Origin: Blastocatellales bacterium
GTDB lineage: Bacteria > Acidobacteriota > Blastocatellia > RBC074
Assembly: GCA_050187295.1 (NCBI GenBank)
Contig: JBFWXQ010000006.1
Span: 110,296 to 174,295 of the forward strand
Length of the DNA stretch: 64,000 nt
Direction: 5' to 3'
Positions 54,217 to 64,000 of the stretch are shown here, piece after piece (positions within the stretch are counted from its first letter, which is position 1; every line of letters starts with the position of its first letter). The notes under the pieces were generated by a model, which was not told the DNA's origin, ran no database searches, and saw nothing but the letters and a program-made list of their open reading frames with translations. A program made the position numbers and the translations under genes.

Positions 54217-56448
54217 ATGCCTGACCTTGAACGCGCGTTGCGCGAACAATTTGGTTTTGATTCGTTTCGCCCGAACCAGCGCGAAGTGATCGAGCACGTG
54301 TTGGCGGGGCGGCATACGTTGGCGGTGTTGCCGACTGGGTTGGGCAAATCGTTGTGTTACCAATTGCCAGCGCAGTTGTTGCCGGGATTGACGCTGGTCA
54401 TTTCGCCGCTGATTGCGTTGATGCAGGATCAGGTGGAGGCTTTGTTGCGGCGCGGGTTTAGCAACGTCACCAGTTTGAGCAGCGCGCTCAGCCCGGCGGA
54501 ATTAGGACGACGATTGAGCGAAATCGAAAGCGGCCAGCACAAACTGGTTTATGTCGCGCCGGAGCGTTTCGATTCGCCGCGTTTTCGGCAACTGGTGCGG
54601 CAATCGGAACTTTCGCTGGTGGTGATTGACGAAGCCCATTGCATCAGCCAATGGGGACACGATTTTCGTCCGCATTACCGGACTTTGTTGGCGCGGTTGC
54701 CGGAATTGCGGCGCGCGACGTTTCTGGCGGTGACGGCGACGGCGACGCTGGAAGTGCAAAACGACATTGCGGCGACGTTGAGTTTGCCGTCGTTGGAACG
54801 AGTCATCGCCGATTTCGACCGCCCCAACCTGCGATTGGAAACCATCAAGGCCGACCAGCGCGAAGACAAAGACAAGCAATTGATCGAAATGTTGAAGCGT
54901 GAACCGGGCGCGGCGATTGTTTACGCCAGCACGCGCAAAGAAGCGGCCACCGCGCATCAATTGTTGCTGCAATCGGGAATTGACGCGACGTTGTATCACG
55001 CGGGACTCAGCGCCAGTCAGCGCGCCGAAGCCCAACAACGATTTTTGCAGGATGAATGCCGCATCATCGTGGCGACTGTCGCTTTCGGACTTGGGATAGA
55101 CAAACCGAACGTGCGGCGGGTGATTCATTACAATGTGCCGGGTTCGCTGGAGAATTATTACCAGGAAGCCGGGCGCGCCGGACGCGACGGCGACGCGGCA
55201 ATTTGCACGTTGTTTTATTCGCAATCCGATGTGCGAACGCAGCGTTTTTTGCTGGATCAGGCGTACCCAGAATCAAAAGTGGTTGGGCGGCTTTACGGCC
55301 TGTTGCGCGAAGCCGCGCCGCTGGCGGTGGCCGTGGGCGATTTGGCGACGGCCAGCGAGACGCCGGAAATTGCGGTCAACGCCGCGTTGCAATTGCTGCA
55401 CGAACAAGGTCACATCGCATTGACCGCCGACGGCAAATACGCGATGCCTGAACAGGACGACGTTGATTGGAAGCCGGATGTCCGCGAATTGAATGCGCGC
55501 CGTTTCAGAGCGAACGAACGACTGAAAAAGATGATCGCTTATGCGCTGGATCAAAGATGCCGTCGCGCGGCGATTCTGGGTTATTTCGGCCAGCGATTTT
55601 CGCCGCCGTGCGGAACGTGCGATGTCTGTGACGCGAAAACGTCCGAGCATCCATTGCCGATTGAGGTCATTGCTCGTCAAACGCCGAATCATAAAGCTCG
55701 ATTGATTTTGCAAACTGTCGCAGAATTGAAAGGGCGTTATGGACGAACGCTGGTTGTGGAATTGCTCACCGGCAGCAAACGTAAAAGAATTTTTGAACTT
55801 GGCCTGGATCGTTCGCCAAATTACGGGGCGTTGAGCGCTTGTCGGCAGGATCAGGTTTTGGAATGGGTGGACGGCCTTGTCGCGCAACAGCTTCTGCAAG
55901 TGACCGCAGAAGAATATCCGCGGCTGCTGATTACTGAAGCTGGTTGTCGCCGTTTGGAGTCAGAGGCTCAAGCGCCATCAGCCGACCAGGAACAGAATGC
56001 CAGCTTGGTTCCGAAAGGCGAAGTGTTGTTTTCAGACACTGTCACGGCGGCTGAGAAAACTTACAGAATTGGTGTGGAGCAAACCGCCGACGGATCGCGT
56101 TGTCTGGTCATAGCCGAAGAGTCTGCGACTGAGCCTGTTGGCACAATCGCGCGAATGGTGATTTCTGAAAACGACGCAGAAGAGTTTTGTCGGAGCCTGA
56201 AGACGGCGCTGCAACTGCTGGGGTTGGAACAGAGTCAGGCGCGGAAACGCCAGGACGAGATTAAACGGCAGTACGCGAAAGCTTACGAGAGATGGGAACC
56301 GGAGGAAGATCGTGCATTGAAAAACGGGTTCAAGGATGGGATCAGCATCAACAGATTGGCAGCGACCTTTCAGCGACAGCCAAGCGCTATTAGATCGCGG
56401 CTGACAAAGCTGGGATTGCTACAGTCCGACGGTCAGGAAGACGATTGA
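54217..56448 (+). CDS. recQ: RecQ family helicase with non-canonical C-terminus
   Basis: Motifs [67 protein letters not shown], Zn site CRR...CGTCDVC and an RQC domain. No HRDC seen. Confidence 0.9.
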   Translation: MPDLERALREQFGFDSFRPNQREVIEHVLAGRHTLAVLPTGLGKSLCYQLPAQLLPGLTLVISPLIALMQDQVEALLRRGFSNVTSLSSALSPAELGRRLSEIESGQHKLVYVAPERFDSPRFRQLVRQSELSLVVIDEAHCISQWGHDFRPHYRTLLARLPELRRATFLAVTATATLEVQNDIAATLSLPSLERVIADFDRPNLRLETIKADQREDKDKQLIEMLKREPGAAIVYASTRKEAATAHQLLLQSGIDATLYHAGLSASQRAEAQQRFLQDECRIIVATVAFGLGIDKPNVRRVIHYNVPGSLENYYQEAGRAGRDGDAAICTLFYSQSDVRTQRFLLDQAYPESKVVGRLYGLLREAAPLAVAVGDLATASETPEIAVNAALQLLHEQGHIALTADGKYAMPEQDDVDWKPDVRELNARRFRANERLKKMIAYALDQRCRRAAILGYFGQRFSPPCGTCDVCDAKTSEHPLPIEVIARQTPNHKARLILQTVAELKGRYGRTLVVELLTGSKRKRIFELGLDRSPNYGALSACRQDQVLEWVDGLVAQQLLQVTAEEYPRLLITEAGCRRLESEAQAPSADQEQNASLVPKGEVLFSDTVTAAEKTYRIGVEQTADGSRCLVIAEESATEPVGTIARMVISENDAEEFCRSLKTALQLLGLEQSQARKRQDEIKRQYAKAYERWEPEEDRALKNGFKDGISINRLAATFQRQPSAIRSRLTKLGLLQSDGQEDD

Positions 56449-56471
56449 GATCAACGCGGAGAGATATTTTG

Positions 56472-56951
56472 ATGAGTGAACTGAAACAAGTTGTGATTTA
56501 CACGGACGGAGCTTGTTCCGGCAATCCGGGGCCGGGCGGTTATGGTGCAGTGTTGTTATTCAACGGGCATCGCAAGGAATTGTCAGGAGGTTTTCGCCGC
56601 ACGACAAACAATCGAATGGAATTGCTCGGCGCGATTGAAGCTTTGCGCGCGTTGAAAGAAAGTTGCTCGGTCAAACTGCACACCGATTCGCAATACATCG
56701 TCAACGCAATTGAAAAAGGTTGGGCGAAACGCTGGCAGGCGAACGGCTGGATGCGCAACAAGAAAGAGAAAGCCGTCAACCCGGATTTGTGGGAACAGTT
56801 GTTGACGCTGTGCCAACAGCACAAAGTCGAATTCGTCTGGGTCAGGGGGCACAACGGGGACAAGGAAAATGAGCGCTGCGATCGGTTGGCGGTGGCTGCC
56901 GCTCAGCAACCGAATCTGCCCGCCGACGACGTTTACGAAGGCAGCAGTTAA
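56472..56951 (+). CDS. rnhA: Ribonuclease HI
   Basis: Motifs [33 protein letters not shown] and WVRGH...NERCD. Confidence 0.96.
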   Translation: MSELKQVVIYTDGACSGNPGPGGYGAVLLFNGHRKELSGGFRRTTNNRMELLGAIEALRALKESCSVKLHTDSQYIVNAIEKGWAKRWQANGWMRNKKEKAVNPDLWEQLLTLCQQHKVEFVWVRGHNGDKENERCDRLAVAAAQQPNLPADDVYEGSS

Positions 56952-56954
56952 TTA

Positions 56955-56974
56955 CGCGGACGGGGACGTCCGCG
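56955..56974. terminator. Perfect 8-bp GC hairpin between convergent genes (REP-like or bidirectional terminator)
   Basis: CGCGGACG-GGGA-CGTCCGCG. There is no clear U-tract, so REP-like character is as likely as an intrinsic terminator. Confidence 0.45.
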
Positions 56975-56981
56975 CTCCAGC

Positions 56982-57419
56982 CTATTGCTTTTCGTAGACG
57001 ATGATCAGCGCCAGATCGTCCTTGCCGGTTTGTTTCAATCCGTGTGAACTGCCCGGTCGAGTCAGAATTGCGTCGCCGGCTTTGACCGGAAATTCCTGTC
57101 CGTTCATTTGCATTAGCCCCGTGCCGCTGAGGACGTAATAAACCTCGTCTTCTTTTTGCAGGTGATAGCCAATGGCCGCGCCTGGATGCAGCACTCTTTT
57201 GCGAAAGACCTGTTTGAAGCCTTCGGCCTTTTCAAAAAAACTGTAGCCGGTTGAACGCCCGGGCCCGTTGTGCGGGGCGGCGCCGGTTTTGGCAACCTGT
57301 TCGTCGCGTTCGTGAATGTAAGCTTCACCGGCCTGGGCGTGCTGCCGATTGCCAATTTGCCAGCCAATCATCACGCCGAATGCGACAAGCGCTGCGCCAG
57401 CCAGAATCCGTTTCATCAT
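56982..57419 (-). CDS. Secreted cupin domain protein
   Basis: Motifs [18 protein letters not shown] and [14 protein letters not shown]; N-terminal signal peptide. Confidence 0.85.
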   Translation of the reverse strand: MMKRILAGAALVAFGVMIGWQIGNRQHAQAGEAYIHERDEQVAKTGAAPHNGPGRSTGYSFFEKAEGFKQVFRKRVLHPGAAIGYHLQKEDEVYYVLSGTGLMQMNGQEFPVKAGDAILTRPGSSHGLKQTGKDDLALIIVYEKQ

Positions 57420-59107
57420 AAATTTCCTCTCTTCAATTCATCAGCCAGATATTCGCTCGCTCTCCACGAAACCGCCGCGATCGAAAGCGTGCAATTCTTT
57501 TCAGGACAGGAAACGAACGAAGCTCCGTCAACTACGAACAGGTTTTTGACTTCGTGCGCCTGATTGAATTTGTTCAGCACAGAGGTTTTCGGATCGTCGC
57601 CCATGCGCGCCGTGCCGACTTCGTGAGTGGCATCGCCCGGCGGAGGCGGCAGGTTGCGTTTGTAAGGAATGATTTCGGCTCCGGCGGCGCGCAGAATTTC
57701 TTCGGCGTTGTCATACATCAATTCGGCCATCTTCAATTCATTGTCATGCCATTTGGCGTGAAACCGAAGCTGCGGAATGCCGTAACGATCCTTCAATCCG
57801 GAAGGGTCAATTTCACAGTAATTATCGAAATACGGCAGGCATTCACCGAATCCTGCCAATGAAACTCGCGCCGGATTCAATTCACGGACTTGTTTTTTGA
57901 AATCAGATCCGAAACCCGCGGTCGCTTTGGCGTAACCGGGGAAGGCTGATGAGCCGCTGCCGGGTTGGTATTGCCATCCGCGCAATGTTGAAACCTTGCG
58001 CCCGCCGGGAATGTTTGTATGGCGCGGAATGTAAACGTGTCCGCCACCAGCTCCGTCATCATTGAAAATCTGCGTCGCCTTCAAATTGGGCAGGAAGCCG
58101 CCAACGAAACCGGCTTTGAAATTGTCCATCAGATAATGACCCAGCACGCCGGAGGAATTGGATAATCCGCGCTCGTGGTTCCGGGTTTTGGAATTCAGCA
58201 TGATGCGAGTCGAAGCCATTGCGCCCGCGCCGATCACTACGACTTTGGCTCGAGCTTCGTAAGTCAGTTTGTTTTTCGTATCAATGAATTCAACTCCGCG
58301 CGCCTTGCCGGTTTTCGGATCAAGCAGAACGCGATGAACTGCCGCACCGGTTCGCAAAGTGAAGTTCTTTCTGCCAATCAATTTTGGGATGATCGCGTCG
58401 AGCGTTGAAAAACGCGAAGCTGTCGAACAGCCGAAATCGCAATTACCGCAGAAATGACAGGCTGCGCCGGTGTCGCGGTTTTTCATCAGCATGGCTTTGC
58501 GAATCGGGATGACCGGAATACCGATTTTTTTGCCGCCTTTGATCAAATGCATTTCGCCGCAGCGGGGTTGAGGCGTGGGCGCGTGATAATTGCCATCGGG
58601 AGTGACGGCCAGGCCTTCGCGCGTGCCGAACACGCCCATCAGGTCTTCGGCTTTGTCGTAATATGGCGCAAGTTCGTCATACGAAATCGGCCAATCTTCG
58701 CCTGCTCCATCCTGAAGCGATTTAGGTTTCATATCCCATTCTGACATTCGAAGTGAAACCCGGGACCAGGTGTTGGTCCGGCCTCCGACGGCATGAATAC
58801 GCGTCCAATGGAAATCCGTGCCAGCCGCACGGGCATATGGCTCTTTGAATGGATGAACGTACAGATGTTCCGTATAGGCCGAAACTTTCCACAACCCATC
58901 ATATTGGCCGGGTTTGCCAAGTCCGCGAAAAGGCATTTCATAAGGCCAGGAATGTTCTGTGTGAAATTGCTTGTTGCGATCCCATTTCGGTCCGATTTCC
59001 AGCAACAAAACGTTCAGCCCCTTGTTGACCAGCACATGAGCAGCAACGCCGCCCGCTGCGCCTGAACCAACAATGATTGCGTCGTAAACAGTATTCCTTT
59101 GTGACAT
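57416..59107 (-). CDS. GMC family oxidoreductase
   Basis: Motifs [41 protein letters not shown] and NLFVVDG. Its stop overlaps the cupin start. Confidence 0.9.
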   Translation of the reverse strand: MSQRNTVYDAIIVGSGAAGGVAAHVLVNKGLNVLLLEIGPKWDRNKQFHTEHSWPYEMPFRGLGKPGQYDGLWKVSAYTEHLYVHPFKEPYARAAGTDFHWTRIHAVGGRTNTWSRVSLRMSEWDMKPKSLQDGAGEDWPISYDELAPYYDKAEDLMGVFGTREGLAVTPDGNYHAPTPQPRCGEMHLIKGGKKIGIPVIPIRKAMLMKNRDTGAACHFCGNCDFGCSTASRFSTLDAIIPKLIGRKNFTLRTGAAVHRVLLDPKTGKARGVEFIDTKNKLTYEARAKVVVIGAGAMASTRIMLNSKTRNHERGLSNSSGVLGHYLMDNFKAGFVGGFLPNLKATQIFNDDGAGGGHVYIPRHTNIPGGRKVSTLRGWQYQPGSGSSAFPGYAKATAGFGSDFKKQVRELNPARVSLAGFGECLPYFDNYCEIDPSGLKDRYGIPQLRFHAKWHDNELKMAELMYDNAEEILRAAGAEIIPYKRNLPPPPGDATHEVGTARMGDDPKTSVLNKFNQAHEVKNLFVVDGASFVSCPEKNCTLSIAAVSWRASEYLADELKRGNL

Positions 59108-59317
59108 AAGTATCCAGTTTGAAGATATGGAAGTATGGAGAAAAAAAGACGACCGCCAAGATAACACGAGTGCTTCCAAGCTGTCCTCTTTTTCCCTTAT
59201 GTCTGATGGCTGGTCAGAGTAACAAGAGGTGATTGGCTTGTCACCAACGAATGTTCCGGCAAAACCGTCTTTGGGCAATCTGAACGAAAGCTTTCCGAAA
59301 AAGTCCGATTCAAAATG

Positions 59318-59351
59318 AACTCGCCAAGCGGCCGTTCCGGCTTAGCGAGTT
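59318..59351 (-). terminator. Probable intrinsic terminator or palindrome downstream of 59370-59768
   Basis: On the minus strand, AACTCGCTAAGC / GCTTGGCGAGTT forms a 12-bp stem with one G-U pair, followed by CATTTTGAA. Confidence 0.45.
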
Positions 59352-59369
59352 ACCGATCTTGTTTGGGCT

Positions 59370-59768
59370 TTATCTATTCTCATTATCCGGGCTGATTTTT
59401 TCTTTGGTTCGCTCGATTTTGTCAGTGGCCTCCCCTGATGTGGAAGATCGTCCACTTGCGCCTCTGATTTCCGGGGGCACGATTGGCAGGATAATTCGAG
59501 CATTCAGTTCCTGAATAGAGGTGACAACCAGCATCGAAACCGATTTAGCAATTTCTCGCTCAATCGTCTTTTTTAATTCTTCGACAGAATACTCCTGGCG
59601 ATTAACTTCAGGTTGGTCGCCTTCAAGCTGCGATTTCATCAATGCTGCAGCCGTTGGTTTTATTGCCGGCGCAGGAGCCAGCCGCCGATTTTTCAATGGC
59701 TCTTTTTGTTGAGCGGCGGCGACACCCCAGATTGCCAGACACAAAAAGATTCCGAACAGATACTTCAT
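59370..59768 (-). CDS. Small secreted hypothetical protein
   Basis: Signal peptide MKYLFGIFLCLAIWGVAAA-Q; GGAGGA RBS upstream. Confidence 0.55.
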   Translation of the reverse strand: MKYLFGIFLCLAIWGVAAAQQKEPLKNRRLAPAPAIKPTAAALMKSQLEGDQPEVNRQEYSVEELKKTIEREIAKSVSMLVVTSIQELNARIILPIVPPEIRGASGRSSTSGEATDKIERTKEKISPDNENR

Positions 59769-59873
59769 CGTCGTTCCTCCGCAACAGATTCAAATGAAAT
59801 GGCAGGTGAGTTGGATTGCCAATGACAGGAACGACAAACCGGCAACGGCTTGCATCAACGAGCCGGAATCTTC

Positions 59874-61070
59874 TCAGTCGTGCCTTTGATAAGCCACAAC
59901 GCCGACACGAATTGTGCGTGAAACAGAAAAGTCTGCTGCCAGGATTGCCAGATCGGCGTCTTTGCCGACTTCGATTGAGCCTTTGCGATTTTCGATTCCA
60001 CAAACTTTAGCCGGGGCGAGCGAGGCCGTGTGCGCCGCATCAATCAAATTCATTCCAGTGAAATCAATTGCATTGCCGATTGCGCGGTTCATGGTCAGCA
60101 CCGATCCGGCAATCGTCACCCCATCCATCAAGGTGCAAAGTGGACCCCGCACTTGAATCTGAAAATCGCCGAGCGTGAAATTGCCGTCGCCAACGCCTTG
60201 TGCGGCAGTCGCGTCAGTGATGAGCGTCAAACCAAATCGTCCTTTCGCGCGCCAGGCCAGTTGTGCCATTCGTGGATGCACGTGAACCCCGTCGCAGATC
60301 AGTTCGACCTGAATACCCGGTTCGTTCAAGCATGCCGAAGCCAGGCCGGGCTTGCGGTGATGAACGCCTGACATCGCATTGTAAAGATGAGTCGCCCGCG
60401 TCGCGCCAGCTTCAATCGCGGCCAGAGCCGTGTCGTAATCCGCTTCCGAATGACCGAGCGAAGCTTCGATGCCATTGGCTTTCAGGAAAGCGATCAGTTC
60501 CATTCCGCCCGGCAATTCCGGGGCCATTGTCATGATCTTAATTCGACCGCCAGCCGCCGAAATCAATTCCCGGCATTCGTCGAAATTCGGATCGCGAATT
60601 CCTTCAACGGGCTGAGCGCCTTTGAACTTCAAATTGATATACGGGCCTTCGATGTGCAAACCCAAAACTTCCGCAGCTTCGGGCGTGCGATCGTCGGCGG
60701 TTTCGGCGGCAATGGTGTCTTCAATGCTTTTCATCAGATCGGTATGACGGGCCGCGATGGTCGTCGCCAGATAACCGGTCGTCCCGAATTTCAACAGCGC
60801 GCGGGAAATGCGTCGGATACCTTCTGCTCCATTTGCCATCACGTCGTCGCCGCCGCTGCCGTGAAAATGCGTGTCAATGAAACCGGGCATGACAACGCAG
60901 CCAGAGGCTTCAATGATTTGCGATCCCGGTTCCGGCGCGGCGTCCCGGCCCGAACCGACAAACTGAATTTTTCCGTCCTCGCACAACACCAGACCGTTTT
61001 CGATCACTGCTTGCGGTGTGACCACAGAGCCGCCAACTATTGCCAGACGATTCGCCATTTGTTTCTCCAT
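59874..61070 (-). CDS. nagA: N-acetylglucosamine-6-phosphate deacetylase
   Basis: Motifs [47 protein letters not shown] and IAGS. Confidence 0.93.
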   Translation of the reverse strand: MEKQMANRLAIVGGSVVTPQAVIENGLVLCEDGKIQFVGSGRDAAPEPGSQIIEASGCVVMPGFIDTHFHGSGGDDVMANGAEGIRRISRALLKFGTTGYLATTIAARHTDLMKSIEDTIAAETADDRTPEAAEVLGLHIEGPYINLKFKGAQPVEGIRDPNFDECRELISAAGGRIKIMTMAPELPGGMELIAFLKANGIEASLGHSEADYDTALAAIEAGATRATHLYNAMSGVHHRKPGLASACLNEPGIQVELICDGVHVHPRMAQLAWRAKGRFGLTLITDATAAQGVGDGNFTLGDFQIQVRGPLCTLMDGVTIAGSVLTMNRAIGNAIDFTGMNLIDAAHTASLAPAKVCGIENRKGSIEVGKDADLAILAADFSVSRTIRVGVVAYQRHD

Positions 61071-61273
61071 AATTTTGAAAAATGACAGCCAGGAAATCGC
61101 ATTGTACTTATTTGTGCCTGTTCAATCTAAGCTGGAATTGACAGGTCATTGCCATCAATCTGAAAAACTGCTTGCCCTTGTCGGCCAAGCGAGTAGAATC
61201 GCGGCTTGCAATTTCAATTCAGCATCTGCTCTCGCTGGCAAGTTGCCCCCAAATTTGTTCGCGGATATTCGTT

Positions 61274-62122
61274 ATGAACCATCTGATGCTCAGAAACTTC
61301 GATCATTCGGGATATTACGAAACCCGTTTGATCCTGATGGTGATCAGCCTCGCCATCGCAGCCTATTTCCATTACTACAAAAGAGACCGGCGCTTTTTGC
61401 TGATGTTTGGCATCGGTGCTTTGTTGAATGTGATAGGCAAGTTCGGAGTGTTGGCCGGGGATTTGAATCCAATTGCGTCGGCAACGATTTTCGGCGCTAC
61501 CTTGCCGACGGTCATTGCTTTGATTTGCCAGGGAGTTTTTGAGGGCGGAACTGTCAGTCTGTTTGCTTTCTGGTATGCCGACTTGCGGTTGGCCAAAGTC
61601 AGGTCCAAGGAGTGGTGGCCGTTTTACGGATTTTGTGCTGTGGTTGTGATGTTTGCCTTCATCGTGGGCCTGGTGTCACGCGGGCGATCAATCACCTGGC
61701 AACGTCCGATCTTTGCTCCATATTTGATTCTGATTATTACGCTGATCATTTTCTTCAGTCTGATGGTCGCCTGGCAAAAGAACGACATTTCATCGCTGGC
61801 CAGCTTTTTCGCAGGTCTGTTGTTGTTCGCCATCTTGAATTACGAACCGATGCACTTGATGGGAGCGCGTTACATAGGCGAACCGGCCACACCCGAACCG
61901 GTCGCCGCCGGAGGTCTGGCGCAAATCCTGCTGATGTTTTTGTCGCATATTTTCGAGGCGGCTGGGGGAAAGCTGCATTATTTCATGTTGCCTTATGCCT
62001 TCGGCTGGATTGCTCTGCGCGAACCTCAAAAGAGCAAGCGCGAGCGATTTTCGACCCAGCATCTTGCCGATTTGACGACACGCGGTTATCGGAAAAAATC
62101 CAACTTCACTGAAGACAATTAA
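61274..62122 (+). CDS. Polytopic membrane protein of unknown function
   Basis: About 7-8 hydrophobic segments. The probable start is ATG 61274 (ORF track 61172). Confidence 0.65.
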   Translation: MNHLMLRNFDHSGYYETRLILMVISLAIAAYFHYYKRDRRFLLMFGIGALLNVIGKFGVLAGDLNPIASATIFGATLPTVIALICQGVFEGGTVSLFAFWYADLRLAKVRSKEWWPFYGFCAVVVMFAFIVGLVSRGRSITWQRPIFAPYLILIITLIIFFSLMVAWQKNDISSLASFFAGLLLFAILNYEPMHLMGARYIGEPATPEPVAAGGLAQILLMFLSHIFEAAGGKLHYFMLPYAFGWIALREPQKSKRERFSTQHLADLTTRGYRKKSNFTEDN

Positions 62123-62199
62123 GACTTACCGGTTTTGTAAGGCCCCATCCTCATACCAATATTGCGCCATTCGATTTAGACTCTCAGTCAGAACCGTCT

Positions 62200-63147
62200 A
62201 TGCTCAAACATCCATTGGCGCGGCTCGACCGTGATGAACATCTCAGGCAAAGGCTTCTGCCGTTTTGCCGGTTGAAACCCGGCGAAATCTGGCGCGACCA
62301 ACAGCATGGTCATCGCGTCGGCTGTCTGGACGCTGCATCGCGCGAAAATGTTTTGAAGCTTTGCGGCAAGAAGAAATCGCCGTTGGCGATTCACGATCTG
62401 CCTTACAACTTCATTGCCTTTGAACAGAAACAGGCCGACGATTTTATAAGCTGGTGCCGCCAGGTTATCGCCAATACAGAAGCTGTCCTGGCTCATGACA
62501 GCAGTTTGTATTTGTGGATTGGGGCCGATCAGCGCGCTGGTTTTGCGCCTTTGCCGGAGCTGATGCTGATGATGCGAGAAACAGGATTTCGATCCCGCAG
62601 CTTTATCACGTTACGAAACCAGCGCGGGTACGGCACGCAAAAAAACTGGATGAGCGTTCGTCAGGAATTGCTTTGTTACGCAAAAGGCCATCCAAGCTTC
62701 ACTCCTCAATACACGGAAATTCCCAAAGCCGTGCGCGGTTATTACAAACCCGTCGGCGGCCAGTTGACTGAAAACACTGAACGCGGACATTCTGATACTG
62801 TCAGAGCCGGCAATGTCTGGATTGACGTGCAGCAGGTTTTTTACCGCATGGAAGAAAACGTCAACGGTTGTTACGCACAAAAGCCGCTGAAGGCGATCAA
62901 AAGAATAATCGAAGCCAGTTCCTTGCGCGGCGACACCGTGCTTGATTTCTTTGCGCACTCGGGAACGACCTTGCTGGGAGCGGAGATGACGGATAGATGT
63001 TGCTTGACGATGGATCTTGATCCGATCTTTTGCGAGATCACGATTCGGCGGTTGGAACATTTCAGGTTGACTGGCCGCACTGGCTGGCAAAACAGCAACC
63101 CATTTGCTCGTGAGCTTGGACAATTGGAGACAGACAATGGCAATTGA
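62200..63147 (+). CDS. Beta-class N6/N4 DNA methyltransferase (orphan, atypical motifs)
   Basis: Motif IV-like HDLPYN comes before motif I-like LDFFAHSGTT; also AQKP...RII and MDLDPIFCEITIRR. Confidence 0.78.
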   Translation: MLKHPLARLDRDEHLRQRLLPFCRLKPGEIWRDQQHGHRVGCLDAASRENVLKLCGKKKSPLAIHDLPYNFIAFEQKQADDFISWCRQVIANTEAVLAHDSSLYLWIGADQRAGFAPLPELMLMMRETGFRSRSFITLRNQRGYGTQKNWMSVRQELLCYAKGHPSFTPQYTEIPKAVRGYYKPVGGQLTENTERGHSDTVRAGNVWIDVQQVFYRMEENVNGCYAQKPLKAIKRIIEASSLRGDTVLDFFAHSGTTLLGAEMTDRCCLTMDLDPIFCEITIRRLEHFRLTGRTGWQNSNPFARELGQLETDNGN

Positions 63148-63826
63148 AGACACCGAAAAATTACCGAAAGCGACATTGTCGGAAAAATTCTGGAAGATAA
63201 CCGCGCTGCTGTCTTTATTGGTGACGATAATCGTGATGGTTATGGCGGTGATGATGTACACCGGCAGAAATGCCAAAGATCTGTTCTGGCCTGAAGAGAG
63301 AGTTGTCAAAAGCGCCAGGGCCGCCTTGTTGCGAATAGAACGCGAAAGCAGTCTGGTGACGACGAAAGCTTATGTTCAGGTCGTCGTCCGGCAAAGCAGC
63401 GAAGAATGGTACGGTGACGCCGAAGTCATTCGCATCGTTCCGGCGACGATCAGTTACGCCATCAACCTGAAAGACATTGATCAGGGACGCATGGAATTTG
63501 ACGAACAAAGACAATTGCTCCGCGTGCCGTTGCCGGATGTCAAAATCGTTGCGATTGATCCTGATCTTGGCAGGGCGGAAATCATTCGACGTTTGGATTT
63601 CCTGCGGTCGGAAGGCGCAACCGGCAACGAATTGGAAGAGGCGACAGAAAAGATGATTCGCCCGAAGATCGAAGAGGCGGGCAAATCACCTGAAATAATC
63701 AAGATTGCCAAAGAACAAGCCATTGCCTCTGTCAGGCAATTGATAGAATCGGCGCTTGGCGCGGTTGGCCAGCCGGTGGCCGTCCAACCTTATTTCAAAA
63801 ATGACAGCCCGCAACCCGTGGGATAA
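63137..63826 (+). CDS. DUF4230 domain-containing membrane-anchored protein
   Basis: Single TM helix; motifs SLVTTK, VPATISYAINL and LRVPLPDVKI. Confidence 0.7.
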   Translation: MAIEDTEKLPKATLSEKFWKITALLSLLVTIIVMVMAVMMYTGRNAKDLFWPEERVVKSARAALLRIERESSLVTTKAYVQVVVRQSSEEWYGDAEVIRIVPATISYAINLKDIDQGRMEFDEQRQLLRVPLPDVKIVAIDPDLGRAEIIRRLDFLRSEGATGNELEEATEKMIRPKIEEAGKSPEIIKIAKEQAIASVRQLIESALGAVGQPVAVQPYFKNDSPQPVG

Positions 63827-63862
63827 ACTGGTGGCGCAAGAGGCCGGCTGCGGAAAAAAACA

Positions 63863-64000
63863 ATGAACGATCCAAACCCAAACGACAAAATCCATCCACA
63901 ACGATCCGGAGCATTATCCGATGGCGCATTGATTGCTCTGGCATTGATGTGGGGCACTTCCCACGTCGTCACCAAAGCGATTCTGGCTACGCATTCGCCT
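63863..64000 (+). CDS. EamA/DMT family transporter, 3'-truncated by the window
   Basis: ATG 63863 reads MNDPNPNDKIHPQRSGALSDGALIALALMWGTSHVVTKAILATHSP, with the characteristic LMWG motif of TM1. Confidence 0.6.
   Translation, partial: MNDPNPNDKIHPQRSGALSDGALIALALMWGTSHVVTKAILATHSP

Noticed and set aside
43205-56951. Prophage, ICE or integrase-bounded island
   Set aside because: No integrase, transposase, tRNA or att-like direct repeat was found by eye. Island status rests on gene content only.

Overview
A 64-kb, gene-dense bacterial chromosomal window, probably Acidobacteriota (inferred from a Solibacter-type C-terminal domain and the overall gene content). It has five blocks. (1) 2-7040 (+): a 5'-truncated tandem GlcG/HbpS heme-binding protein, a 13-heme and a 9-heme c-type cytochrome, and an amidohydrolase. 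(2) 7046-40434: a divergent TPR/CBM-like gene plus a ~32-kb surface-polysaccharide operon. It carries Wza, Wzc, Wzm/Wzt, an O-antigen ligase/polymerase, WecA, 12 glycosyltransferases, two AsnB-like amidotransferases, a bi-domain oxidoreductase and a heparinase II/III-like protein, but no Wzx. Short periodic repeats sit at several of its gene junctions. (3) 40425-43204: YkgJ and FdhF/YdeP. (4) 43224-56951: a back-to-back DNA-processing, probable defence island. The left arm is a 1220-aa unknown protein with an internally duplicated N-terminal domain plus a 1794-aa DEAH/DUF1998 helicase (Druantia-III-like layout, no visible nuclease). The right arm is DUF488-DUF488-dual-OB-RecQ-RNase HI, and the RecQ has a PUR-like domain and an HTH where HRDC normally sits. 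(5) 56982-64000: cupin, GMC oxidoreductase, nagA, an orphan DNA methyltransferase with deviant motifs, and membrane proteins. No rRNA, tRNA, CRISPR array, integrase or transposase was recognised. All assignments are from motif reading by eye; no database searches were run. Start codons were adjusted from the ORF track where family N-termini or RBS argued for it.
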